A DNA stretch of 64,000 nt from Escherichia phage EAWsc9, in the sequence record PQ341120.1; one strand, 5' to 3'. Position numbers and translations under genes: made by a program. Shown in pieces: positions 32,161 to 40,646 of this stretch. The stretch's first letter is position 1, and each line of letters opens with the position of its first letter. The notes below the pieces were generated by a model. That model was not told where the DNA came from, made no database searches, and saw only the letters and a program-made list of their open reading frames with translations.

Positions 32161-32814
32161 ATGGAACCAAAAGTAGGAATATCAATACCCGACCTACTTT
32201 TTGGACTTCTTGATAGAATTTTTAAAGATAATGCGACCGGGAAAGTTGTTTTTTCCCGGGTACTAGTTATTGTTCTATTATTTTTAATGGCGGTAATCTG
32301 GTATAAAGGTGATGCACTTTTAGATGCGTACAGGGATGCTTCATATGCCTCATACACTGAAATGATAAGGCAAGACCAGGATAACAGATTTAAAATTGCA
32401 GCTATCGAGCAAATCCAGATAGTCCACTCGTCAAGTGGGGCAGACTTTACAGCAATATATTCTTTTAGACCAACTAACCTTAACTACTTTGTGGATATGG
32501 TGGGTTACGAGGGGATATTGCCTGATACAGTCGACGAAAAAAATTTAGGTGGGTTTCCAATAGATAAGACTTCAGCGGAATATTTGGCGGGGGTTAATGG
32601 TAATTATTTTGAATCCAGTGTGGAATCTGTATTCTTACCAACAAAGAAAAAAAGCAGCTTCACATATATGTTCAGCTGCCCATTCTTTAATTTGGAAAAC
32701 GTTTATGCAGGCACAGTCTCACTGTACTGGTATAAGCAAAAACCCGACCTTGGTTTTGATAGGCTTTCTTCTATGTGTGGACAAGCAGGTCGTACGCTCG
32801 GGCGTACACGTTAG
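32161..32814 (+). CDS. t: holin T
   Basis: 217 aa; LLFG.LDR.FKDNATGKV, one N-terminal TM segment, C-terminus C.QA.R.LGR match T4 T. Confidence 0.93.
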   Translation: MEPKVGISIPDLLFGLLDRIFKDNATGKVVFSRVLVIVLLFLMAVIWYKGDALLDAYRDASYASYTEMIRQDQDNRFKIAAIEQIQIVHSSSGADFTAIYSFRPTNLNYFVDMVGYEGILPDTVDEKNLGGFPIDKTSAEYLAGVNGNYFESSVESVFLPTKKKSSFTYMFSCPFFNLENVYAGTVSLYWYKQKPDLGFDRLSSMCGQAGRTLGRTR

Positions 32815-33086
32815 AATCCGGAGGTATACATCATAAGATAACGGTGTATATCTTCGAATCCTTCGTTAAATTGTTCAATGATTTGTTCAATTTCATCTTC
32901 AGATAAACTTTTAAACAATTTGTTAAACGATACATTGTTTAACTCATTCCCATTCTCATTTCTCAATCCCAACTCATTCAAAAACGCGATAAACACATCG
33001 CGCTTCATCGTAATATCTTCCCGGTCGGTTTTAATCAAAATTGAAGTTATAGTAACAATTTCAGAAACGATTTCAAATTTAGTCAT
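32811..33086 (-). CDS. asiA: AsiA anti-sigma-70 factor
   Basis: 91 aa; EI.T..SILIK..REDI...R..FIAFLNE.G and FNEGFE...RYL.MYT match T4 AsiA. Confidence 0.9.
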   Translation of the reverse strand: MTKFEIVSEIVTITSILIKTDREDITMKRDVFIAFLNELGLRNENGNELNNVSFNKLFKSLSEDEIEQIIEQFNEGFEDIHRYLMMYTSGF

Positions 33087-33136
33087 TTTAATTTACTCAA
33101 GTATTCAATAAGACATTCAATTATTCAGTAAGGGTA

Positions 33137-33166
33137 TTATACTATTATTCCTCTGGGTTGTACACA
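33137..33166 (-). promoter_or_regulatory. T4-type early promoter upstream of asiA
   Basis: minus-sense GTGTACAACC ... TAGTATAAT. Confidence 0.55.
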
Positions 33167-33310
33167 TGATTTTCCATCTGTACAACATATTCCTGATACA
33201 TCTGTTCAACTGGTTCCTGGAACTTAAAATCAGCTCCAAGGAATTCCTCAAAGCAAGCCTGCTCGTGCGTACGTTGACCGGTGATGGTGTTCTCTAAGTT
33301 ATGACTCATA
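33146..33310 (-). CDS. small acidic protein, 54 aa
   Basis: ATG with AAGGGA SD; below track cutoff; its 3' end overlaps the asiA promoter. Confidence 0.45.
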
Positions 33311-33398
33311 ATGATTCCCTTTGTGCTTCTGCTTACGTTTGGACTGCATTTTGGTTTTCTTCTTGTCCTTATGGACAGACGCCTTATTGAAATCGTGC

Positions 33399-33677
33399 TT
33401 AGCTACCAGATTGTTCATGCAATTTCCTTAATTGATATTCAAGAGAACTGATAATTTCTTTATTAGTTGCAATATACATATCACGTAGGAAGGGTTTCAG
33501 ACCTTCTCTAACTCTATACGTGTTATCACTAATATCCTTTATATATTCATGGTCTAAAGCATCCCAAGCCGGCTGGTTAACATAAGTTCCCCAGTTGTCT
33601 TCCATCATAGTGTTCAGACGTTTGATATGATTGATATGGGTTTCGATTGCATCAATCTGGAGTTGTTTAAGGTTCAT
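33399..33677 (-). CDS. hypothetical protein, 92 aa (possibly Arn-like by position and size; not verified)
   Basis: track ORF between asiA and motA. Confidence 0.5.
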   Translation of the reverse strand: MNLKQLQIDAIETHINHIKRLNTMMEDNWGTYVNQPAWDALDHEYIKDISDNTYRVREGLKPFLRDMYIATNKEIISSLEYQLRKLHEQSGS

Positions 33678-34288
33678 TAATAAAGGTCCTCTGAATAAAG
33701 TTCTTTTTCACTACCGCCACGTTCAATACGCACTTGATTTGCATAAGTCGCAATAATCATTGCTTCTTCGCGGGTCCAGTAATTGCTGTACTGGTCAATG
33801 AATCCTTGATTATCACCACAAACATGGTCTGACACAAGTTTATCACTTACTTGGTCAAGCACTTCTGCCATATCCTTGGAATAATGTCTGGCACCAGGAA
33901 TAACCAGAGTCCCACCATCTTTTAACTTAAATCGGTTGGCGGCACATACAATCCGTCGCTGATATTTTTCATTGTTATTCCAATGCGCAATCTGCCAACA
34001 GATTTCCGGGACTTCTTCCAGAATATCTTTTTCATCGCATGTGTATCCATGTGCTTTAAATTTTTCAGCGAGGCTTTTGGGGGTTTCACGCGATTCTGGT
34101 GCTGGTAACATTTCTAAACGAGTGATAAACGGATTCATTTCACAATTACCTTCTTCATTATATTCGGTGTAATCACCGTATGCATGTAATTTAGCAGCGA
34201 GACTTTCAGGAGTCTCCCGAGAAAGAGCTTTATCTAACAAGGCCATACGGTCTTTAAAGGATAATGCTTTACCTTTTAATGGATTCAT
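33677..34288 (-). CDS. hypothetical protein, 203 aa, with an internal N-terminal repeat
   Basis: repeats [18 protein letters not shown] / [17 protein letters not shown]. Confidence 0.6.
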   Translation of the reverse strand: MNPLKGKALSFKDRMALLDKALSRETPESLAAKLHAYGDYTEYNEEGNCEMNPFITRLEMLPAPESRETPKSLAEKFKAHGYTCDEKDILEEVPEICWQIAHWNNNEKYQRRIVCAANRFKLKDGGTLVIPGARHYSKDMAEVLDQVSDKLVSDHVCGDNQGFIDQYSNYWTREEAMIIATYANQVRIERGGSEKELYSEDLY

Positions 34289-34632
34289 TTGAAAATCACC
34301 TTATAACCGTTATCTTTAGCGAATTCTTGAATTTTAGCGGCGGTTTCAATTAAATCACCTTTATAATAGGATGATAATTTAATATCAACTGTTTTGCCTT
34401 CGCCATACGAAGTTATATTCACTTTTTCCGTAAAAATAAGCTCAAGAAATCGCAATAGCTGCATACCAAATTCAAGAGTAACATTATCAATCTGGAGGTT
34501 AAGTTGATAAGTTTTCTTAATACCATTCACCAGGGCACAGCGCTCATCCCAAGCGTTACGTTGTTCTTCAATCAATTTAAGGGAATGACCTTCGCCATCC
34601 CAATTTAGTTCCATAGGAATCATTTGAACCAA
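34285..34632 (-). CDS. hypothetical protein, 115 aa
   Basis: track ORF. Confidence 0.55.
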   Translation of the reverse strand: MVQMIPMELNWDGEGHSLKLIEEQRNAWDERCALVNGIKKTYQLNLQIDNVTLEFGMQLLRFLELIFTEKVNITSYGEGKTVDIKLSSYYKGDLIETAAKIQEFAKDNGYKVIFK

Positions 34633-34952
34633 CCTTTAACACGTTGCCACAGACTTTTCTGTTGAGCTTTATTAACACCAATTGAGCGAATAACTGGTTG
34701 TGATTCCAGGTATTCTTTATAGTCAGCTTTATAGACTTCATATGCTGCTGGAACAAAGGCACCAATCGCCGCCATGAAGTTCTTGCGAGCACCAAATGGA
34801 GCTACTGCATCATCCTGGCGATGGATAAGATACTGACCAGCTTTGACCTTGACAATAGTCCCAAGGTAAGCGCCATGATACCAAACATCCCAACCCTCTT
34901 GAGTAGGTTCTGCACAAGCACGCAGTTCATTAACAATATTCAGCTTATTCAT
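34620..34952 (-). CDS. hypothetical protein, 110 aa
   Basis: track ORF. Confidence 0.55.
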   Translation of the reverse strand: MNKLNIVNELRACAEPTQEGWDVWYHGAYLGTIVKVKAGQYLIHRQDDAVAPFGARKNFMAAIGAFVPAAYEVYKADYKEYLESQPVIRSIGVNKAQQKSLWQRVKGWFK

Positions 34953-34959
34953 AATTTCC

Positions 34960-35568
34960 TCACTTTAAGATGTTAATAACATGTTGAATGTTTTCAGTTG
35001 ACATATGATTGTCAATGTAGGTATTCAATCCACCTACTTTAACGCTAAATCCCACGTCTGTAAACTGTTTTACTATCTTTTGTTCAGTATTATACGCATG
35101 CACACGAATCTGACCATCACGACGGACATCAATCTGTTTTAATGTCTTGACTCGCTTGAACTTCACAATCAGATTACTGCGGTCTTCTGAAATGCTCTTA
35201 AAGTCAATACCAATAGACAACAATTGCTCTTTGATATATTCTGCAGTCGCTTCCATTTCATCAGTCACACCGCGTTTTGTTCTTGTCTTCTTCACTTCCA
35301 GAAGGTCAGGATTATTTTCATTCGCCCACAGTTCAGCTGCATCCAGAATAAGGTCAACACCTTTTTCTGTAACCATCAAACCATCACCAGAAGCTTCAAC
35401 ATAGTTGTTATTCAACAATGTCTGCACGCTATCAATTGACGTGTTCTGCTGGCCTAAAACAACCTCAGGACGCACGAAGTTGTTTTTGTATACAAACACC
35501 AGAGCATTAACATCAGTCTCATGTAGAGCGTTCTGGGAGCATTTAACGATATAATTTAGCTTGTTCAT
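34960..35568 (-). CDS. motA: MotA middle-transcription activator
   Basis: 202 aa; SGDGL.VTE.G.D and QKFTD.G.S match T4 MotA. Confidence 0.85.
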   Translation of the reverse strand: MNKLNYIVKCSQNALHETDVNALVFVYKNNFVRPEVVLGQQNTSIDSVQTLLNNNYVEASGDGLMVTEKGVDLILDAAELWANENNPDLLEVKKTRTKRGVTDEMEATAEYIKEQLLSIGIDFKSISEDRSNLIVKFKRVKTLKQIDVRRDGQIRVHAYNTEQKIVKQFTDVGFSVKVGGLNTYIDNHMSTENIQHVINILK

Positions 35569-35570
35569 AA

Positions 35571-35798
35571 TTATCCCTTAATAGATTTCATGTAATTTGA
35601 TGCATATGATTGTACCACAGTACGTTTCATATGGGAAGTAGAAACAATAACATCAATCGCTTGTTTACGTTCTTCTTTAGAATTCGCCAGTTTGAACATA
35701 TCAAAGTAGTAATAGCAAGCTTCTTTGTTAGATTTGAATTTAGCGTTAATGTATTCTTGACCTTCATTCTGTTGTGCAGTAAACATTTTATTCTCCAA
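35571..35798 (-). CDS. hypothetical protein, 75 aa
   Basis: track ORF; early promoter upstream. Confidence 0.55.
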   Translation of the reverse strand: MENKMFTAQQNEGQEYINAKFKSNKEACYYYFDMFKLANSKEERKQAIDVIVSTSHMKRTVVQSYASNYMKSIKG

Positions 35799-35832
35799 AG
35801 TTTTTGTGATTCATTGTGTAACTCAGTATGGA

Positions 35833-35868
35833 ATCATTATGCATCAGGTCAAGGGTCATGTACACTAC
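35833..35868 (-). promoter_or_regulatory. T4-type early promoter
   Basis: minus-sense GTGTACATGACC ... GCATAATGA. Confidence 0.5.
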
Positions 35869-35892
35869 TTTTTTAAATATTTTAAAATAAAA

Positions 35893-35912
35893 AAGGACCC
35901 CGACGGGGTCCT
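35893..35912 (-). terminator. rho-independent terminator (hairpin flanked by A/T runs on both sides)
   Basis: GGACCCC-GAC-GGGGTCC. Confidence 0.65.
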
Positions 35913-36009
35913 AGTTTTTATCTATCTTATTACCAATAAACATACCAACAATCACACCTGCGATTGCCGCGAAAATACAAAGCAATGCAAACTCAACTCC
36001 AAAACTCAT
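35911..36009 (-). CDS. 32-aa hydrophobic peptide, translationally coupled to gene 52 (ATGA overlap)
   Basis: MSFGVEFALLCIFAAIAGVIVGMFIGNKIDKN; GGAGG SD inside the gene 52 3' end. Confidence 0.45.
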   Translation of the reverse strand: MSFGVEFALLCIFAAIAGVIVGMFIGNKIDKN

Positions 36010-37385
36010 AGAGCCTCCAAATCATTAAGGTATTCAGTTTTAACGTCAGTTGTCTTCCAGTACTCATGCTCAGCTTTCTTAGCCTTAGCTTCGTCCGCAA
36101 GCTTCTTAGCTTCATCAGAGGTCATATGGTAGATGTTCATTGCCACTAACTTCTCTGCATAATCGCCATATATTTCACTTGCCTGGAGCTCCTCAATCAA
36201 CTTCTTACGAGGTTTCCCCTGGATAACAACCTTACCATCAATCACTTCTTTAATAAAGAAGACTTTCGCGCGGGCCAGTTTAAATGCCGCTTCAGTTTCT
36301 TTAATCTTACTGTCAATTCGCACTTGGACATAAGTCTTACGAACATCAACGAAATCGCGAATCAGGTCAAGCGTGTTGGTGTATTCAGCCAGTTTACCTT
36401 TGTGATTAAGCACAGTTAAGTTCTGGGAGAGCTTCTCAATCAGACCAAAGTCTTTCATGATTTTCTCATGATTCTCTTCTTCAGTGCCATCCAACTTGTA
36501 TTCTTTGCGGAATTTAATCTTAAACCCAAAACCATGCTCGCCACAGTTATCTTTCCAGGTGATAAAACCTTTCTCTTCCAGTGGGTCCAGGATTTTACTT
36601 GTATATTTTTCCAGGTTCCATTGGACCGGGATTTCAGTAATTTCCATTTGAGTCCGGGAAGTCATTTTGTACGTGCCATGAAGTTCATACTTACCAGGCT
36701 CTTCCAGCTCAACAACTTTACCACGGAATTCTGGATATTTTACTTTCGGAGCAACCGGCTCACGACCTTCCACGATAGCTTTAACAGCTTCCTTGACGTC
36801 CTGGAACGAATGAGGAAGGATATCAGTAGCAAAGCCAACAGCAATCCCAGAAGTGGCGTTAAGTAATACAGTAGGAATAACAGGAAGATAAAAAGCAGGA
36901 GGCTTATGTTCTTCATCAGGATGGACCGGAGCATATTCTGTATCCTTAAACAAGTTGTAAAAGTTCTTTGAAACCCTTGCGAATACATAACGAGCTGATG
37001 ATGCTTCTGGCACCATTCTGGAACCAAAGTTGCCTTGCCCATCAAACATGGGGTATTCATTTTTATATGTTGCGACCAAACCAGAAGTTGCTTCTTCCGC
37101 TGATGCTTCGCCATGGTGATAACCATAATCAGCTACACCCCCTGCGATGGATGCAACCTTATGGAATTTATTTTTATCACCACGTGCCAGGTCTAATGCT
37201 CTCGCCATAACAAATCTGTGAACTGGTTTAAAACCATCAATCATGTTTGGGATGGCACGACCTTCCACAGTGTAGATAGCGTATGACAATGCTTCCACAT
37301 CAATAATGTCTTTTAGACTGCGTGGGTTAAGGGTCCCCATGGAATCACTGAACTGTTTGGACATCATACTTAAAACGTCAGACAT
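36006..37385 (-). CDS. 52: DNA topoisomerase II medium subunit gp52
   Basis: 459 aa; RAIPNMIDGFKPV.RFV.ARALDLARG, catalytic-Tyr region and toprim-like blocks match T4 gp52. Confidence 0.95.
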   Translation of the reverse strand: MSDVLSMMSKQFSDSMGTLNPRSLKDIIDVEALSYAIYTVEGRAIPNMIDGFKPVHRFVMARALDLARGDKNKFHKVASIAGGVADYGYHHGEASAEEATSGLVATYKNEYPMFDGQGNFGSRMVPEASSARYVFARVSKNFYNLFKDTEYAPVHPDEEHKPPAFYLPVIPTVLLNATSGIAVGFATDILPHSFQDVKEAVKAIVEGREPVAPKVKYPEFRGKVVELEEPGKYELHGTYKMTSRTQMEITEIPVQWNLEKYTSKILDPLEEKGFITWKDNCGEHGFGFKIKFRKEYKLDGTEEENHEKIMKDFGLIEKLSQNLTVLNHKGKLAEYTNTLDLIRDFVDVRKTYVQVRIDSKIKETEAAFKLARAKVFFIKEVIDGKVVIQGKPRKKLIEELQASEIYGDYAEKLVAMNIYHMTSDEAKKLADEAKAKKAEHEYWKTTDVKTEYLNDLEAL

Positions 37386-37393
37386 ATATCACC

Positions 37394-37534
37394 TTACCAA
37401 ATTAACGAATGTACTGCCATTATAACATCAGAAATAAAAAGCACAACCTGCACTAATGCAAATACAACTCCATAATACAGCGCTACCAATAAGGCAGCAA
37501 GGGCTAACGAGTAGCCCAAGATTTTCTTAATCAT
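37394..37534 (-). CDS. small membrane protein A, 46 aa (MIKKILGYSLALAALLVALYYG...)
   Basis: overlaps upstream ORF B (ATGATTAA); hydrophobic. Confidence 0.45.
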   Translation of the reverse strand: MIKKILGYSLALAALLVALYYGVVFALVQVVLFISDVIMAVHSLIW

Positions 37535-37679
37535 TTTTATCCAATAATTTAAATAGTGTTAAAGTCGCTAATACACCTTGAGCTGTTGACTGCAGAAATA
37601 CTGAAGTTTCTCCAGTTATTAATGTTCCAACAAATAAAAATGACCAACAGAAAAAAGCTACGCCATGAACAAATTTCAT
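37527..37679 (-). CDS. small membrane protein B, 50 aa
   Basis: hairpin plus GAGGAAAAT SD upstream; hydrophobic. Confidence 0.45.
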   Translation of the reverse strand: MKFVHGVAFFCWSFLFVGTLITGETSVFLQSTAQGVLATLTLFKLLDKND

Positions 37680-37680
37680 A

Positions 37681-37735
37681 TTTTCCTCAAGGGCGTCCAA
37701 AGACGCCAGTTAATTTCAGATTATGACGATACCAT
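37681..37735. repeat. copy 1 of about 55-bp repeat R1 (GC hairpin + CTTGAGGAAAAT); copy 2 at 37945..38005
   Basis: near-identical sequence at the two positions. Confidence 0.85.
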
Positions 37736-37789
37736 TACAGCGCTACAGGCAGCAAGGGCTAACGAGTAGCCCAAGATTTTCTTAATCAT
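37721..37789 (-). CDS. 22-aa peptide A' (MIKKILGYSLALAACSAVMVSS), truncated duplicate of A
   Basis: first 13 codons identical to ORF A; looks like a signal peptide with lipobox-like LAAC. Confidence 0.4.
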   Translation of the reverse strand: MIKKILGYSLALAACSAVMVSS

Positions 37790-37944
37790 TTTTTCACGTA
37801 CCGTGCCAGACTTACAATTCCAGAAATAACCCATGCAATAAACATCGCGCCCATGAAAAATGTGCTTGGAGTCCAGACTCCCAAAAAGAAGCAGACTGAA
37901 CAAACCACGGCAATAATAAGTTCAATAAAAGCCAGAATAATCAT
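37786..37944 (-). CDS. small membrane protein B', 52 aa
   Basis: same upstream hairpin/SD module as ORF B; hydrophobic. Confidence 0.45.
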   Translation of the reverse strand: MIILAFIELIIAVVCSVCFFLGVWTPSTFFMGAMFIAWVISGIVSLARYVKK

Positions 37945-38005
37945 ATTTTCCTCAAGGGCGTCCAAAGACGCCAGTTAATTTCAGATTATGACGATGCCAT
38001 TGCAT
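37945..38005. repeat. copy 2 of repeat R1
   Basis: TTTTCCTCAAGGGCGTCCAAAGACGCCAGTTAATTTCAGATTATGACGAT(A/G)CCATT. Confidence 0.85.
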
Positions 38006-38033
38006 CACGTGTTCATTATGGAAATTACTCATA

Positions 38034-38480
38034 TTAATAGCTCTGCAGAATGAATTTAAAGTTATCAGCAAGCATGCGATTCATTTCTGAAAGGGTCTGG
38101 CAATCAGAACTATGCGAGCGAGTGAACGCCATTGCAATTTGACCTTTACCATAACCAGTTGTCAGAGGTTTCATTTTAGAAACTGGGACAAACAGGACTT
38201 CATAGATAACCCCATTGTTCGCCATTGTGCGAGACAGTTGAGAACGTTGTTTGCGGATGTGACTTAATACAGTGTCAAACCCTTGTTGTGAACGTTGGTT
38301 ACCAACATAAAAACGTGCAGCAACAATACGTGATTCGCCTTCACCTTTAACCACGAAATAAAAACCTGGTTGAGTGATAGCTTCTTTAGTCGGACGCCCG
38401 AGATAATTACCATTATGGATGTAAGCAACAGTGGTAGCGCCAGCATTCAGTACGTCACGACGGGTCATGTAAGTAGACAT
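38034..38480 (-). CDS. ndd: Ndd nucleoid disruption protein
   Basis: 148 aa; [70 protein letters not shown] match T4 Ndd. Confidence 0.93.
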   Translation of the reverse strand: MSTYMTRRDVLNAGATTVAYIHNGNYLGRPTKEAITQPGFYFVVKGEGESRIVAARFYVGNQRSQQGFDTVLSHIRKQRSQLSRTMANNGVIYEVLFVPVSKMKPLTTGYGKGQIAMAFTRSHSSDCQTLSEMNRMLADNFKFILQSY

Positions 38481-38511
38481 ATTAATTTCCTCAGTAAGTT
38501 AAAGTTTTGTG

Positions 38512-38556
38512 CTCCAGTGGGGTCATTATACTCTGACCCCAAGAGTTTGTACACTA
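38512..38556 (-). promoter_or_regulatory. T4-type early promoter, -10 in the loop of inverted repeat GGGGTCA...TGACCCC; identical copy at 49725..49767
   Basis: minus-sense GTGTACAAAC ... GAGTATAATG. Confidence 0.6.
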
Positions 38557-38901
38557 TTTTTGAAGTTGTTCTAAAATAAATCCGCTCGTATAAAAGGAAG
38601 CATTATACACCTTATTCAGCGGGGTCAAAGCGCGCTTATAGGTATTACGCAATTCTTTGATAACATTTTCATAACTCACGTAGTAAGCACTATGGTAGTA
38701 ACCTGGCTCCATACTCATACGAAATTTAATGAACCGATAAAAGCCTGTTTCCGGGTCTTGGACGAAAACGAAATCAGCACTCGTCATAACTTTTGGATGT
38801 ACGTCAGGAATCATACTTTGATTGAATGCCTCCGACGCCTCCTGAAGGCTAATCTGTTTAAAGAACATAACTTTAGCATTACCAAAAAATACTTTAGACA
38901 T
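38554..38901 (-). CDS. hypothetical protein, 115 aa
   Basis: track ORF. Confidence 0.55.
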   Translation of the reverse strand: MSKVFFGNAKVMFFKQISLQEASEAFNQSMIPDVHPKVMTSADFVFVQDPETGFYRFIKFRMSMEPGYYHSAYYVSYENVIKELRNTYKRALTPLNKVYNASFYTSGFILEQLQK

Positions 38902-38928
38902 AATATTTTCCCCAGTAAGTAAACCTTT

Positions 38929-39075
38929 TTAAAGAACTTCTTCAATCTGAATGTACTTGCTGTAACCTTCCTCAATGAGGATATCCCGCGCACAATTTGC
39001 GCTAATATACGCATTAAAACTAAGAGTTTTAATCACTTTACCATGAAGCTTTACTTTATAAATTCTATTGTCCAT
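38929..39075 (-). CDS. hypothetical protein, 48 aa
   Basis: ATG with GAGGAAAAT SD; below track cutoff. Confidence 0.4.
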   Translation of the reverse strand: MDNRIYKVKLHGKVIKTLSFNAYISANCARDILIEEGYSKYIQIEEVL

Positions 39076-39090
39076 AATATTTTCCTCAGT

Positions 39091-39336
39091 TTATTCAGGG
39101 TCTACCGCGCCATCCCACAAGTCAACTTCTTCTGATGATTCCATCAGTTCATCAACCGTGAAGCACTCAGTATTATTTTCAATTGCAAAACGCTTCTGAT
39201 AAAAAGGATAATCCAAACAGTTTTCAGTGCGCACAGGGCGCTCGCTGTTATCCATTAAAGGCGAAATGCGAATCAGTTGTTGACCATTACCCAGGACAAA
39301 TTTTTCACCAACTGCAATGTCTTTAAAAAGTTTCAT
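39091..39336 (-). CDS. hypothetical protein, 81 aa
   Basis: track ORF. Confidence 0.55.
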   Translation of the reverse strand: MKLFKDIAVGEKFVLGNGQQLIRISPLMDNSERPVRTENCLDYPFYQKRFAIENNTECFTVDELMESSEEVDLWDGAVDPE

Positions 39337-39539
39337 TGCTTAGCTCCATTCCAAATTACATCAACAACAGACTTCAAACCATTATCCTGGATTTGTGTGA
39401 ACACTTCAGCAGCAATCCAGAGCTGGAAACCAATCATTGCAATGGCACCAATGAAAATCAGGATAATCATCGCCACAATAAACTTGAACATAAAGTCAAA
39501 GCGACGATTGGATTTCTGAAATTGTGAATTGTAATTCAT
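39333..39539 (-). CDS. small membrane protein, about 68 aa (track ORF 39333..39587 trimmed)
   Basis: GAGGATAAT SD; one TM helix. Confidence 0.5.
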   Translation of the reverse strand: MNYNSQFQKSNRRFDFMFKFIVAMIILIFIGAIAMIGFQLWIAAEVFTQIQDNGLKSVVDVIWNGAKQ

Positions 39540-39549
39540 AATATTATCC

Positions 39550-39666
39550 TCAAAAGAAATAGTTAAAGTAAACACGTACATGGTCAATCATAAAAACAAT
39601 TGGGAAAATGCTCAGGACAACAAACAGTACAAACATGTTCCAAATGGCTTTAAGTAACTTTTTCAT
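39550..39666 (-). CDS. 38-aa hydrophobic peptide
   Basis: ATG to TGA ending just before the downstream SD. Confidence 0.35.
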   Translation of the reverse strand: MKKLLKAIWNMFVLFVVLSIFPIVFMIDHVRVYFNYFF

Positions 39667-39689
39667 AATCATCTCCAGTAGTTGATAGG

Positions 39690-39722
39690 TTCATTATACT
39701 ACAACCACTGGAGATGTACACT
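39690..39722 (-). promoter_or_regulatory. T4-type early promoter
   Basis: minus-sense GTGTACATC ... AGTATAATGA. Confidence 0.5.
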
Positions 39723-39811
39723 CTTTTACGCAAGTTTCATTAATAATAAACTAAAACAAACGCAAATTACTGGGATACACAACATCCAGATAAGACACCA
39801 GGTTTTGCTGC

Positions 39812-40078
39812 TCAAAATATCACCTCTTTGATTTCAATCAGACCCCTGTGCAATGCGGTGCGAAGGTCATAAAGAATATCTATGCCATCAACATTATCCA
39901 GTTTTCCATCAATAAGCTTTTTTAAATCTTCCTTTGATGCAACCAGCGGGCGAAGAAATTTACATTCAGAAAGAGACAATTCTGTAGTAACATCATCGCC
40001 ATCGCCTGACGCATCATACATAGCGGCAACAACCATACCTGTAACTTTGTGCTTGGCGTAATATAATTTGATATCCAT
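39812..40078 (-). CDS. hypothetical protein, about 88 aa (track ORF 39812..40150 trimmed)
   Basis: GAGGAAAAC SD before internal ATG. Confidence 0.5.
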   Translation of the reverse strand: MDIKLYYAKHKVTGMVVAAMYDASGDGDDVTTELSLSECKFLRPLVASKEDLKKLIDGKLDNVDGIDILYDLRTALHRGLIEIKEVIF

Positions 40079-40088
40079 TCTGTTTTCC

Positions 40089-40244
40089 TCACGCATAACG
40101 ATTGTATGTATTTTTACGACAAGCGTAAAATTGACGCTCAGTAACTGCAAAACTTTTTCCGCGCTGTTGCATTAATTTAAAAAATTCAGTGATATCGCCA
40201 TTAACTTCAAGATATAAAGTCATTGCATATTGAGCAGGTTTCAT
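40089..40244 (-). CDS. hypothetical protein, 51 aa (track ORF 40089..40313 trimmed)
   Basis: GGAGAATAAAATG; the track extension runs through a promoter. Confidence 0.45.
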   Translation of the reverse strand: MKPAQYAMTLYLEVNGDITEFFKLMQQRGKSFAVTERQFYACRKNTYNRYA

Positions 40245-40279
40245 TTTATTCTCCAGGTTTGTTTGGTAACTCAGTATGG

Positions 40280-40315
40280 AATCATTATACATAGACTCCA
40301 TACTGATGTACACTA
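40280..40315 (-). promoter_or_regulatory. T4-type early promoter
   Basis: minus-sense GTGTACATC ... GTATAATGA. Confidence 0.5.
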
Positions 40316-40323
40316 CTTTTTAA

Positions 40324-40599
40324 TTAATTGTGCATTTGTTCTTTAACTTCTTTATATGCGCCAACTGCATTCACGACCCCAGTAAAATCTGCAGTCCCAC
40401 GATAGAGATAGAAAGCGATTTCAGTCAGGTGGTAGACTTCAAATTCTGAAAGATAAATGATAACGTCATAATAGGCAACTTGCCCCTGGACTTCGTTGAA
40501 TACTACATCAAAAATTTCATGGGTTGGAAAATTGATGTTGTTGTTTTTGAGTGCTTGAATAAGAATTTGTTTGATGTTATTAGTAGTAACGTGTTCCAT
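40324..40599 (-). CDS. hypothetical protein, about 91 aa (track ORF 40324..40689 trimmed); SD lies in a hairpin
   Basis: GAGGA SD inside the 3' arm of a 10-bp inverted repeat at 40603..40632. Confidence 0.5.
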   Translation of the reverse strand: MEHVTTNNIKQILIQALKNNNINFPTHEIFDVVFNEVQGQVAYYDVIIYLSEFEVYHLTEIAFYLYRGTADFTGVVNAVGAYKEVKEQMHN

Positions 40600-40646
40600 G
40601 ATAATGTCCTCATTTGTTGGTGTGAGGACATTATTACATGGTTGGT

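Noticed and set aside
33310-33423. 37-aa basic ORF beginning ATGAACAATCTG upstream of the small ORF at 33146..33310
   Set aside because: Its 5' end overlaps the 3' end of the 92-aa gene in another frame with no SD; likely spurious.
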